Virus record (IMG/VR): IMGVR_UViG_3300050821_005690
Span: 38,450 to 102,449 of that record
DNA: 64,000 bases
Reading direction: 5' to 3' (one strand)
Source: a virus
The position numbers and the translations under genes are program-made. Under the pieces are notes generated by a model that did not search any database, had not been told where the DNA came from, and worked only from the letters and a program-made list of their open reading frames with translations. This document shows, one piece after another, positions 8,915 to 17,837 of the stretch (positions are counted from its first letter, which is position 1; every line of letters starts with the position of its first letter).

Positions 8915-9108
8915 CGTGAGCCCTCCTTCTGCGCTACCTCGCGGTTCAGTCGGTCGCGAGTTAGATTGGCGCGGCCATGTGCTTCGCCGCGCGCCAATTC
9001 GCCTTTCTTGTAGGGGAAAGCCTTGAAGGTCGAGGCGTCCGCCACGCAATAGACTTCGTACCGGGTGGTGGGGGTCTCAGTCCAGCGAACTCCGTACTTC
9101 GTCGCCAT
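8911..9108 (-). CDS. hypothetical protein, first gene of leftward early operon
   Basis: GGAGG RBS, MATKYGVRW. Confidence 0.6.
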   Translation of the reverse strand: MATKYGVRWTETPTTRYEVYCVADASTFKAFPYKKGELARGEAHGRANLTRDRLNREVAQKEGSR

Positions 9109-9126
9109 GTTCGTCCTCCGCCCTAA

Positions 9127-9201
9127 AAGATATTCGCGAGCAATCTTTTTCGCAATAGGGAAAATCCGCCCCTTGCGAAAATAGTGCCACGGGGATATGT
9201 T
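9127..9201. promoter_or_regulatory. back-to-back divergent sigma70-type promoters
   Basis: rightward TTGCGA(9173)-N17-TATGTT; leftward TTGCGA(9155)-N17-TATCTT; flanking operons diverge here. Confidence 0.7.
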
Positions 9202-9231
9202 TATGGGGCAACGGGGAAAGGAGGCTTTCGG

Positions 9232-9489
9232 ATGAAGGGATGGCGGAAGGAAAGCCAAGCCCGCTACCACGAGATGCTGGAGGTTCTGCCTCCGGCCATG
9301 TGGATCGGGGACGGCTTCTTGGTTGGCGAGCCTTGGGATCACGACGCGGAGGGCAACCCCCGCTTCGAGGCGCACTTCAAAACCACGGACGGGTACGTGG
9401 TCTCGACCAAGCCCATGACCGGCGCTCGGTTCGCGGCGGTCGCGAGGGCGGGCGGGCCTTGTGTGTGCCCGGTCTGCGACCCGGAATGA
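9232..9489 (+). CDS. conserved hypothetical protein
   Basis: AGGAGG RBS; EMLEVLPP...GFLVGEP motif. Confidence 0.7.
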   Translation: MKGWRKESQARYHEMLEVLPPAMWIGDGFLVGEPWDHDAEGNPRFEAHFKTTDGYVVSTKPMTGARFAAVARAGGPCVCPVCDPE

Positions 9490-9499
9490 GGAGGACTGA

Positions 9500-9856
9500 A
9501 TGAAGAGATACATCACGCTTGGCTGCGGCCGTCACATCGGCCTCGGCCGCTACGTCGCCGCTTGGAAGGCCTGCCTAGTCCTCGGGCCCGACACTCCGAT
9601 CGGGCGCGGGGTTGACGGCTGGGGCCAGAACGCCGGCGAGGCGCTGCGCGACCTGCGCGCGGGCCTGGATGACCGGATCAACCGGCACCTGCCCTGGTAC
9701 GGCAAGGGCCGGAAATGGGATGGCGACTGGCAACGCTCGATGAGCTACGCCGCGCGCGAACTGAACACCCCGCGCCTCGTGGTCCACTGGTTGCCTTCGG
9801 ACCTGCGCAAGATTGAGCGGTTCCGTGAACGGGAAGGGGCGATAGGCCCTCTGTGA
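9500..9856 (+). CDS. hypothetical protein
   Basis: GAGGAGG RBS, 118 aa. Confidence 0.7.
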   Translation: MKRYITLGCGRHIGLGRYVAAWKACLVLGPDTPIGRGVDGWGQNAGEALRDLRAGLDDRINRHLPWYGKGRKWDGDWQRSMSYAARELNTPRLVVHWLPSDLRKIERFREREGAIGPL

Positions 9857-10098
9857 CCCGCTGTTTGACTATGACCCACTGGATGGTCTGTGACTGCGGG
9901 CACTACGTCTCGGCGCCCTTGAAGAAGCCTTGCCTGTTCGATGAGGGCGCCGGCTTGCGGCGGGGCGATCCACCCCGCTGCATTCGTCACGGTGCCTTAT
10001 TGTTCAGCGATAGCACACTCAGCGGGATGACTCGCGAAGAAGCCCGCCGCGTGGTGCGCGAGCGTCACGAGGCAGAGGAAAGGTGGGGCACCAAATGA
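9853..10098 (+). CDS. hypothetical protein
   Basis: coupled ORF, Cys/His motifs. Confidence 0.5.
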   Translation: MTRCLTMTHWMVCDCGHYVSAPLKKPCLFDEGAGLRRGDPPRCIRHGALLFSDSTLSGMTREEARRVVRERHEAEERWGTK

Positions 10099-10331
10099 GA
10101 ATCGTTCTTGATCCGCACGGCAAGTATGTCGAATTGAAAGCTAATGAGTGGGTGCGCTTTTACTTCGACGATGAGACTGCGCTTCCGGGCGAGGTCAATC
10201 GTTTCGTTGACGCCCATCCTGATCCCGATACCGGGCGCCTTGTGTTGCGCTCGGATGGGTGGCACGGCGGCATAATTGTTCGCCCGCGCGCCGCGAACGA
10301 GATTGAGATCGAATCGGAGAAGGGCAAATGA
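10095..10331 (+). CDS. hypothetical protein
   Basis: ATGA-coupled ORF. Confidence 0.6.
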   Translation: MRIVLDPHGKYVELKANEWVRFYFDDETALPGEVNRFVDAHPDPDTGRLVLRSDGWHGGIIVRPRAANEIEIESEKGK

Positions 10332-10846
10332 CCGAGCGCACCGTCGAGCTTATCCGGCCGGGTCCGCAGAACGAGCGCTTTGACGTCGGCGAGCGCATTA
10401 TTGTGGTCGATGGTGTTCGCTGGGGCCGCACCATTGTTCAGTCCAAGGGGCCACTCGGGCAGATCCACAGATTTCACCAGGACGGCGGCGAGGGATTTAT
10501 TATGGACGTTTACCCCCCTAGCCGCTTCAATCGTTTCACCGAGGTGCGCAGCCTCAAAATGCGCATGCGTAATAGGGATTTTCGAACGACCGAGGAAGCC
10601 GTCCTTGCCAAAGCGCGCGAGCTAGTCGCCGACGGCCTGTTGCGTGATCCGGCGATTGTCCGCCGTGAGCACGCCGTTGCCGCAGAGGGTGCCCGGCTGG
10701 AAGCCTACCGGAAGGCCGAGCTTAAGCTTCGCGCCTTCTACTGCATCCCCGAGGATTTGCCGATTACGCAAGAGGCGCGCAATGCGCTTGCTGCCAGCAT
10801 CGTCCAGGCGATGGAATGGGCAATGGAATGGGAGCGGACCAAGTGA
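10328..10846 (+). CDS. hypothetical protein
   Basis: 172 aa, coupled. Confidence 0.7.
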   Translation: MTERTVELIRPGPQNERFDVGERIIVVDGVRWGRTIVQSKGPLGQIHRFHQDGGEGFIMDVYPPSRFNRFTEVRSLKMRMRNRDFRTTEEAVLAKARELVADGLLRDPAIVRREHAVAAEGARLEAYRKAELKLRAFYCIPEDLPITQEARNALAASIVQAMEWAMEWERTK

Positions 10847-10857
10847 GAGCAGATGCA

Positions 10858-11061
10858 ATGAGGGCCCTAGTGTTGATCACCGTAGGCATTGCTGTGCTTG
10901 TGTACGGCTCTGCTTCGTTCGAGCTTGGCTTTCGGTACGGCCGCGCGATGGCATCTCCGCCGCTGACGTTCGAGGATCGGTTCGGCAATTGGCACAGTCG
11001 TCCCTTTCACCGTTGGCATCCTACCTTGCCACCGGAGCCTGGGCGAAGTTTTTACGCATGA
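10858..11061 (+). CDS. small membrane protein
   Basis: hydrophobic N-terminal helix. Confidence 0.5.
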   Translation: MRALVLITVGIAVLVYGSASFELGFRYGRAMASPPLTFEDRFGNWHSRPFHRWHPTLPPEPGRSFYA

Positions 11062-11246
11062 AGGATCGTGGTCACGAGTTCGTCGAGGTCGGCGCCCGGC
11101 GCTGGTGCATGGGCTGCGATCTATTCCAGCGCCGGACATGGATAGCCGGTCCGTTCCCGGAGCCGCGCCAGGACTGCCCGCGCGACACACCCTATGCGGC
11201 GAGGTGTGACGGCCGACTTGAATTGCCGCTAACGAAGGAGGACTAA
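11058..11246 (+). CDS. hypothetical protein
   Basis: coupled ORF with H..CxxC..C. Confidence 0.5.
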   Translation: MKDRGHEFVEVGARRWCMGCDLFQRRTWIAGPFPEPRQDCPRDTPYAARCDGRLELPLTKED

Positions 11247-11247
11247 G

Positions 11248-11652
11248 ATGCCATACGCCCGAGTGGGGCCGCTATGCCGCTACTGCGCCGAGCCGATTGC
11301 CAAGCGCACCATCAAGGTCCACGTTGTGGCCGCACGGACCGGCTTCAACAAGGACAGCGCGTTCTGGCGCTACGTCGAGGTGGGCGGCAACTTCCCGCTG
11401 AACTGGGCTGAATGCGAGAAGCTCACGAACCAGCAGGTAATCGCGGTCCGGTATGCTGACAGCGGCGGTGCCACAGCTCGCCCGCACGTCATTGACTGGT
11501 TCACCGAATGGGACGGGCAGAGCTACGTCGACCCGTATTTTTGCAATGGGGATCACGCCCAACTGTTCGGGCGCGCTCTTGCGAGAGTCGGCCTCGGTTC
11601 GACGAAGTATTTCGCGGCAGTCCGCGAGCAGCAAGGGAAAACGGCGGCATGA
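11248..11652 (+). CDS. hypothetical protein (Zn motif)
   Basis: AGGAGG RBS; CRYC...FCNGDH. Confidence 0.7.
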   Translation: MPYARVGPLCRYCAEPIAKRTIKVHVVAARTGFNKDSAFWRYVEVGGNFPLNWAECEKLTNQQVIAVRYADSGGATARPHVIDWFTEWDGQSYVDPYFCNGDHAQLFGRALARVGLGSTKYFAAVREQQGKTAA

Positions 11653-11888
11653 CCCGGCCCGAGCCGACGATCGCCGAAGAATACTTCGCGCGCCTCATTG
11701 CCTTCTGGCACGGGCAAAGGCTCGTTTGCTTTACGCGCGACGGCGCCAAGACCGTCGCGGCCCTGCGCGGGTATGATTCCGGCTGGGCCTGGGAGACCGA
11801 TCGTTACGTGGACGCTCATTGGCGGGAGTACGTGCCAGCCGCCCAGGCGGTGATTCGAGATCGAGGCGAGGTTGATCAATGGTCGTGA
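11649..11888 (+). CDS. hypothetical protein
   Basis: coupled ORF. Confidence 0.55.
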   Translation: MTRPEPTIAEEYFARLIAFWHGQRLVCFTRDGAKTVAALRGYDSGWAWETDRYVDAHWREYVPAAQAVIRDRGEVDQWS

Positions 11889-12201
11889 TTGACCAGTACG
11901 GTGAAGATTGGACCATTATCGAGCGCAGCGGCAGCTTGTGGGCCACGCGCCCTGGTATGATCCGATTCATCTTAAACGATGAAATCCACACCGATTTGTC
12001 TGAACCACGGGGCATCCGCAACCTAAAAGGAGGGCGCAAATGGACACCACTTACGCCGACGCGATGAACGAGCTTAACGATGCGATCTCTCGCGCCTGCG
12101 CCTTGGTTGACGGCATACTGAGCCGCGAGGAAATCGCGAAGGAACTGCGTGCCATAGCCGAGCAGATCGAGAAGGGTGAATTTTAGGGCAGATATGCCCC
12201 C

Positions 12202-12229
12202 TTGACTTGGCACTATTTTCCATTAGCTT
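12202..12229 (+). promoter_or_regulatory. sigma70-type promoter containing the 13-bp motif TGGCACTATTTTC
   Basis: TTGACT-N16-TAGCTT with the 13-mer in the spacer. Confidence 0.55.
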
Positions 12230-12238
12230 GGGTGGACT

Positions 12239-12433
12239 ATGAACGAACTGGACCTGCGAAATAAAATTGCCGACGGCCATGTCGCGCTGAGGATCGAGCG
12301 CGACAAGCGCCGGTTCGCCGATAGCCGCGTGCTCGGGCCGTTCATTAGCGCAGCACGCAAGGAGTTGATAAGTTTCACGAATGCTCAACCCGCAGCATGG
12401 CCGGAGATGTCGCGCGATGTCGATGAGGGCTAA
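12239..12433 (+). CDS. hypothetical protein
   Basis: 64-aa ORF right after promoter. Confidence 0.5.
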   Translation: MNELDLRNKIADGHVALRIERDKRRFADSRVLGPFISAARKELISFTNAQPAAWPEMSRDVDEG

Positions 12434-12439
12434 AGCGGG

Positions 12440-12655
12440 ACTTGCAGGGGCCCCGGAAGGTTGCAAGGCCTTCTGGGATCACCCCTGGCCAATATCGCGG
12501 ACGTCGCTTGGCGTGCTGGAGGAAAGACGGCATCCCTCGCGGCCCGTGGTTAGTCCTGCCGGGTAGGCACCACGGCAGGCGGTCATCGGGTTCTTGGCGG
12601 ACCCGCTGGTGACAGGCTCCCTCCGCGCCGAGCAACGACGGTGCGGAGGGGGCCT
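12440..12655 (+). ncRNA. candidate structured non-coding RNA
   Basis: five consecutive stem-loops incl. a GCAA tetraloop helix and a 16-bp terminal stem, in an intergenic gap. Confidence 0.45.
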
Positions 12656-12677
12656 AAAGATCGGAGTGGATTTTGAT

Positions 12678-13157
12678 ATGGCTCGTCGCTTGCCTCGCCT
12701 TCCGATGATCTTTGACTCCGAGGGAAAGCCTAAAATCGTGAGTAATGGCGGTTGGGGTCCGTACATGGACCCGGACTTTATCGACTCGGTCGACGACCAT
12801 CTCCTGGCACACATCAGCCACTTCCCGATCGCCGGGTACTCTCTCGGAGAGGTGGCGGGCACTTTAACCGAGGAACTTTCTGTCCACTTCGGCGGCTCCC
12901 GTCTGGGAGAGCTGGATTCCATCGCCTACTGCTGGGATGCAGATCGCAGCGGGTCGCCTTGGTTCAATGACGAGGCCTTGGCGATACGTGGTATCACCAA
13001 AGCGGAAGTCGAGGATCGGGTGGCACTCAAAAAGTTTTATCGAGAGGAACTTCGCAAGGAACGTGAGGCCGAGGAACGTGAGGCACAGTTGGAATGGGAG
13101 TTGAGCGTCGAGCGGGCGCGCCAGATTGCGGAAATCGAGGAAGAGCGGGGACGCTAG
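12678..13157 (+). CDS. hypothetical protein
   Basis: GGAG RBS, coiled-coil C-terminus. Confidence 0.65.
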   Translation: MARRLPRLPMIFDSEGKPKIVSNGGWGPYMDPDFIDSVDDHLLAHISHFPIAGYSLGEVAGTLTEELSVHFGGSRLGELDSIAYCWDADRSGSPWFNDEALAIRGITKAEVEDRVALKKFYREELRKEREAEEREAQLEWELSVERARQIAEIEEERGR

Positions 13158-13309
13158 ATGGCGATCACAGAGGAAGAAATTATGCGGTTAAAGCTCCGGG
13201 CAGCGCTGAATGCCGCGCCGCGCCCTACCGCCAAGCCCGACGCCGAGTGGATGGTTGCGTACATGGATTGGTTTTTCCAGATGCGTATCAATGCTTTGGA
13301 GAACAAACA

Positions 13310-13735
13310 ATGAGTCGGTCCGGGTACAACGACGATTACGACATCTCCGCGGTTGCCATGTGGCGCGGCCAAGTCGCCAGCGCGATCAGGGGTCGGCGCG
13401 GGCAGGCATTTCTCCGGGATCTGCTGGCGGCCCTTGAGGCGCTCCCTGATAAGCGCCTGATTGCCGACCACATGGAGCGCGATGGCTGCGTCTGCGCGAC
13501 CGGCGCCCTCGGCAAGGCCCGTGGCGTTGATATGACGCAGATAGACAAGTTCATCGATGCGGAGGACGACGATGAGGATGTGGTCGCCTATTGGGTGGCT
13601 GAGGCCTTCGACATCGCGTCTCCGTTGGCGCGCGAGGTACTCTACATGAATGATGAAGGGTTCTTCGGCGTCGAGACCGACGAGCAGCGCTACGAGCGCA
13701 TGGTGGGGTGGGTGAAGAGCAAGATCAGAGCGTAA
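13310..13735 (+). CDS. conserved phage hypothetical protein
   Basis: MSRSGY.DD...WRGQVASAIRG.RGQAFLRDL..ALE pattern. Confidence 0.8.
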   Translation: MSRSGYNDDYDISAVAMWRGQVASAIRGRRGQAFLRDLLAALEALPDKRLIADHMERDGCVCATGALGKARGVDMTQIDKFIDAEDDDEDVVAYWVAEAFDIASPLAREVLYMNDEGFFGVETDEQRYERMVGWVKSKIRA

Positions 13736-13919
13736 TAGTTGCATCGCTATCCGCACGAAAAGGTCCGACATATGGCTGGCAAGATCAACGAGGCCGGTCA
13801 GGTCTCGGCGCTATGCTCTGATCCGCCCAAGCCTATTCGACTGGCGGTCGCGGGCTGGGTACTCCAAGCAAAATATGTGACCTGCAAGAAATGCCTCAAA
13901 AGGTTGAAGGGAGGAACCG

Positions 13920-14222
13920 ATGTGCGATGAATGCGGGGCGGAATTTGTGGTGTATCCGAGCGGGCCGCCGTTCACGGTGGTCAAGCTGCAGGCCGGATCG
14001 ATCGTGATCCTGGACAGCTTCGACACCGAGATCAGGGCGGAGGCCTTCGCCGCCGAGCTACACTCCGACCGTCTGGAGGAACACGCCAAGTTCGGCCAAT
14101 TCAAGGAGTGCGCCAATCTGGTGGCTGAGGAATTTGAGCGGGGGATGGTGGATGCGCTTCTCAAGCCCCATCCAAAGGTCGAGAGAATTCTAGCCAAAAG
14201 ACGCGCAGAGGCCCGAAAATAA
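13920..14222 (+). CDS. hypothetical protein
   Basis: GGGAGG RBS. Confidence 0.6.
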   Translation: MCDECGAEFVVYPSGPPFTVVKLQAGSIVILDSFDTEIRAEAFAAELHSDRLEEHAKFGQFKECANLVAEEFERGMVDALLKPHPKVERILAKRRAEARK

Positions 14223-14376
14223 TGAAGGACCAGCTCGAGATTTTCCGCAAGATGCTCGACGAACGGAACTGGCCGAGGTTTGACATTATTCACCAGGGCC
14301 GTCTTTACAGGTGGATCAGCGACGACCCGGACGAAGAGTGCTTTGTCGAGGTTTTCTTGTCCGAGGGCAGGTTCCA

Positions 14377-14577
14377 GTGACCAAGGCTCGAAGGCGGAGC
14401 GCCAGCCCGGCGCGGCTTTGGTGGTACATACAGCACCGGCTAGGGCGCATTTTCCGGCGCGAGATGAACAAGGTGGCCGTCGACGCCATGATGCGCGGTT
14501 CGGGGGCCTACCGTATTGGGCCCGAGGTGCCAGACCTGATCGAGCACATTAGTTCGGAGCAGTTCCGTGACCTTTGA
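14377..14577 (+). CDS. hypothetical protein, weak portal-like motif
   Basis: GTGA-coupled; DAMMRGSGAYRI...IEHISSEQF. Confidence 0.5.
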   Translation: MTKARRRSASPARLWWYIQHRLGRIFRREMNKVAVDAMMRGSGAYRIGPEVPDLIEHISSEQFRDL

Positions 14578-14881
14578 GCAGGCGACGAAGACCGACATTG
14601 TGGCGTGGCTGCGGGGCTTTCGTAATACGGATTTCAGCGTTTATGACCTGTGGGCCGCTATTCGCAAAGCCGCCGACGAGATTGATCGGCTGCAGGCCGA
14701 CCTGAATCGGCAAGGCGAATACTCGGCGGCGGCTTATGCCGAGCGCGATCAATACATGGAAAGCAATGTTAAGCTAGTCGCCGAGATCGAGCGGCTACAG
14801 GCTCTCGGCGGGCCAAACAAGTGCTTGAATTGCGACGACGTGCTCGAAGGCTTCTGCCCCGAGTGCTCACAGAAGATGTGA
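14567..14881 (+). CDS. coiled-coil plus Zn-finger hypothetical protein
   Basis: KAADEIDRL...CLNC...CPEC. Confidence 0.65.
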   Translation: MTFEQATKTDIVAWLRGFRNTDFSVYDLWAAIRKAADEIDRLQADLNRQGEYSAAAYAERDQYMESNVKLVAEIERLQALGGPNKCLNCDDVLEGFCPECSQKM

Positions 14882-14882
14882 A

Positions 14883-15194
14883 ATGACCTGGGAGCGCATG
14901 CTTGAGCGAATGAAGTGGCGCAGCCCGTTCGGCGATCTGCCTGATGCCTGGAAGGGCGGCCGGATGCGCCGCTCGTGCTGGCCTAAACGCGACGGCCTCG
15001 TTTGGCACATCTGGCACCACGACGACGTGGGTGACCAGAGTACATACGAGGGCGGCTTGTGTCAGGGGTGGGGTGGGCAGATCGGATGGGAGCATGCCGA
15101 GATCGTTTTGGTTAACGGCGACCAGCTACGCGATGGCACCATGTACTCCTCAACCGAAGGCGATAGGTTGGCGCAGGATTGGGAGATCGCCTGA
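14883..15194 (+). CDS. DUF2829/Tad2-like protein
   Basis: G.RMRR..W and C-terminal S..D.LA.DWEI signature. Confidence 0.55.
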   Translation: MTWERMLERMKWRSPFGDLPDAWKGGRMRRSCWPKRDGLVWHIWHHDDVGDQSTYEGGLCQGWGGQIGWEHAEIVLVNGDQLRDGTMYSSTEGDRLAQDWEIA

Positions 15195-15686
15195 TGACGC
15201 CGCTATGGTTCTGGCAAGAACTGTGGCAACCTGTGCTGGTGAACAACCGCATTGTAGATGACAACGTAGGGGCATGGATAGCTCACTTCAAACGCCATGG
15301 TTATCCTAGCTGGAAGGAATGGCAACTCAACAGGAGAGAGCAATGACACAGCAGCACCAGCGAGGTGTCTGATGATGTCCACCGTGGCTTTGTGGGTGAT
15401 CGCAATCTCGGTCGCGTGGTTGGCGTTCCGGGCAACGCTTTGGTTCAATGACCATCCGGTGTGAAATTGTGAGCGACATGATTCAGAGAATTGTAGTTTT
15501 TGTCCTGATATGCGCCGCCTTAGCCCCGGTTGCTCTCTTGTTTTGGCTGGCCGCTGCCGGTCTTTATGCGAGATGCGGCACTTGGCTGGCTCTAGTGGTA
15601 GGCGTGTGTGCGAAATAGTGCAATTCTGCCCTTGACACCGTTTCCCTGTGGTAATTAGTGTCACCGCTCACCCAAAAGGCTGGCCA

Positions 15687-15977
15687 ATGAAGCAGCGCCG
15701 TCGAACCCGCCTCTCTCGCGCTCTGAAGCTCGGGCTGGTGGCCCGCCAAGCGGAGACCCAGTTGGTGCCGCTAACGGCCGACGACCGTGATGAACGCTTG
15801 AGCCGGTCCGAGACCGATCGCCTCTTGATCGAAACCACAGCCAAGCTCAAGGACATGGTTGCCCTGTGCGATCGGCAGCGGGTCGAGCTGCGCTATCTGC
15901 GGGCGGTTTACACCGCCACCAGGGCCATACACGCGTCCGATCTCGATGCTTCGCTTTTGGAAAGGCAGGCCCCCTAG
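15687..15977 (+). CDS. hypothetical protein
   Basis: follows TTGACA at 15632. Confidence 0.55.
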   Translation: MKQRRRTRLSRALKLGLVARQAETQLVPLTADDRDERLSRSETDRLLIETTAKLKDMVALCDRQRVELRYLRAVYTATRAIHASDLDASLLERQAP

Positions 15978-16159
15978 TGGCAAAAAAAGCTAAGGCGAAG
16001 AAGCGGAAGTCCAAGCCGAAAGCCGAGAGGCGCAAATATGGCGGACGGCCGCAGAGCGGCATGGAAGCCTGGACGATCGAGGCCGACGCCCCATGGAAGC
16101 GCCTCGGGATCTCGCGGCGGACCTACTATCGGTGGAAGAAGCGAGGGAAGAAGGTGTGA
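15977..16159 (+). CDS. basic HTH-like DNA-binding protein
   Basis: PWKRLGISRRTYYRWKK. Confidence 0.6.
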   Translation: MAKKAKAKKRKSKPKAERRKYGGRPQSGMEAWTIEADAPWKRLGISRRTYYRWKKRGKKV

Positions 16160-16165
16160 TGATGC

Positions 16166-16399
16166 ATGGCTTCCATGTTGGCTGACGATATTGCGAAGGT
16201 GATGGCCGATGCGATGTTTGAGCGCATCCGCGATAACCTCCGCGCTCAAATCCTAGAGAAGATCGAGCCGGATATTCAGGCCTCGATCGACGCGGTGATG
16301 GAGACCTTCAAGGCGCGTGTCGCTGTCTGGAAGGATTACGCGCAGGACGAGCTAGTGGTCAAATTCCTTATCGAGGACCGTCGCGAGAACAAGAAGTGA
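16166..16399 (+). CDS. hypothetical protein
   Basis: 77-aa helical ORF. Confidence 0.6.
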   Translation: MASMLADDIAKVMADAMFERIRDNLRAQILEKIEPDIQASIDAVMETFKARVAVWKDYAQDELVVKFLIEDRRENKK

Positions 16400-17019
16400 C
16401 CGACGACGCCCCCGTGGACCCACAGCCGTCTCGGCGTCATCTGTACGTCGCCTTCTCGGCCCGTAAGCAGGGCCAGTTTGTCTTTGGATGGTCGGTAACC
16501 ACCACCGACGACTGGGTCATACGTAGCGGCAAGGAAATCGAGGAGCTGTCATCCACGATCGAGAAAATCTTTGGCTATGATGAGAACTCGGTCGTCATCA
16601 TCAATTTCATGCGGATGGAGGAACCATTGACGGACGAACAGAAGCCGATGATCGTGACTCATGTGCCCCCGCCACCCATCAAGCCCCCGCCGTCTGCGGT
16701 CCCTGCGTTTGCTGGACCGCAGTTTGTGACACAGCCGCCCGCGCCGGACGCGACCGCCACCTCTTATGAGCCGCCGCCTGCCTACCCTTGGGACGGCCCC
16801 CCTGTGGTGCAGGATGATGTATCAGGGCCGATGGTTACATCGATCGAGCCGAAGCCGAAGGTCGACCTGCTCCGCCTGTGCGCTACCATTGTCGAGCTTC
16901 TCCACGACCTGTGTGCTGAGATGAGGTATTCGACGCCGTCGCACTCCTGGAGGGACATGCCTAAGATTCGGGACAAGATCGAACAGTTGCGCGACGAGTT
17001 GAGGGAGCTGACGAAATGA
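16396..17019 (+). CDS. hypothetical protein with Pro-rich linker
   Basis: coupled 207-aa ORF. Confidence 0.65.
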   Translation: MTDDAPVDPQPSRRHLYVAFSARKQGQFVFGWSVTTTDDWVIRSGKEIEELSSTIEKIFGYDENSVVIINFMRMEEPLTDEQKPMIVTHVPPPPIKPPPSAVPAFAGPQFVTQPPAPDATATSYEPPPAYPWDGPPVVQDDVSGPMVTSIEPKPKVDLLRLCATIVELLHDLCAEMRYSTPSHSWRDMPKIRDKIEQLRDELRELTK

Positions 17020-17309
17020 AGCTCTTTGAGGACAGCCAGGGCTTCATCTTTGCGTTCGGCTTCGACATGAACGCGCGCAAGCCGCACCACAGTATGATCT
17101 GCTGGTGCGATCCCGAAACGAAGGAGTGGGAGGCTACCTCCGCCAATCAAGCCGGGTGGCTCACGGTGCCGACCACGATCTTGGCGCCGGAGTTCGTGTT
17201 CGAGAGCCGGGACCGCGCGATCGTGGCTTATCAACCGGGGCTGTGCATCGAGCTGCGGCGCCAGGGGAAGCCGTTCGTGTTTACCCTGTTCACTATGCAC
17301 GCGAGGTGA
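17016..17309 (+). CDS. stand-alone fragment homologue of the tail nozzle protein
   Basis: collinear similarity to 39175-39435 of this window's nozzle gene (AFG..W.D..W....NQAG..T.PT..G.P.V). Confidence 0.7.
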   Translation: MKLFEDSQGFIFAFGFDMNARKPHHSMICWCDPETKEWEATSANQAGWLTVPTTILAPEFVFESRDRAIVAYQPGLCIELRRQGKPFVFTLFTMHAR

Positions 17310-17465
17310 GAGTGAACGGATGTCCTGGCCGCACGACAACGACGCGACCGAGCGCTACTTTGAAGCGGTGCACCGCCGGCATCGGCGGGAGTTATGGCTG
17401 TGGCGCGTCAAGATGTGTACCCTGGTCGTCGTTCTTGCCGCAGGCATTAAATACTTGGTGTGGGG

Positions 17466-17837
17466 ATGGCTGATATGAACAGACGCGCTTTCCTATGGCT
17501 CGGCTCGATCGGTGCGGCAGTTGTCACCATGGGGCGCATCGGGCGTGACGCGCCGCTAGTCCACCCGGAGCAAGAGGTCTTTTTCGACGTTGGCTGGAAT
17601 ACGTATCCCAAGGTCTTCGCCTCCGCTGGCGAGGTCGTGACCTGCGAGAGTGGGCATTCGATCTGCACCTTCGCCGAGACGGTGAACATTGGCCAGTACC
17701 AGTTGCCGCACCACCTCGGCGAATGGAGGCAGGAAGAGCCGAAGATCGGGACCTTTCCCATGCCGGTCTGCGCGAAGTGCGGTTCGAAGTTCGTGCTCGA
17801 TAACGGCCATTTCCATTTCCATGGAGGCTGGCGATGA
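17466..17837 (+). CDS. twin-arginine-leader protein with Cys/His domain
   Basis: MNRRAFLWLGSIGAAVV; CESGH..C...CAKC. Confidence 0.65.
   Translation: MADMNRRAFLWLGSIGAAVVTMGRIGRDAPLVHPEQEVFFDVGWNTYPKVFASAGEVVTCESGHSICTFAETVNIGQYQLPHHLGEWRQEEPKIGTFPMPVCAKCGSKFVLDNGHFHFHGGWR

Noticed and set aside
3965-12220. TGGCAC copies as sigma54 promoters
   Set aside because: The -12 TTGC element is missing, and the copies sit inside sigma70-type promoters in both orientations
15203-15664. 153-aa minus-strand ORF
   Set aside because: Opposes the local gene direction; short plus-strand ORFs and a promoter explain the region better
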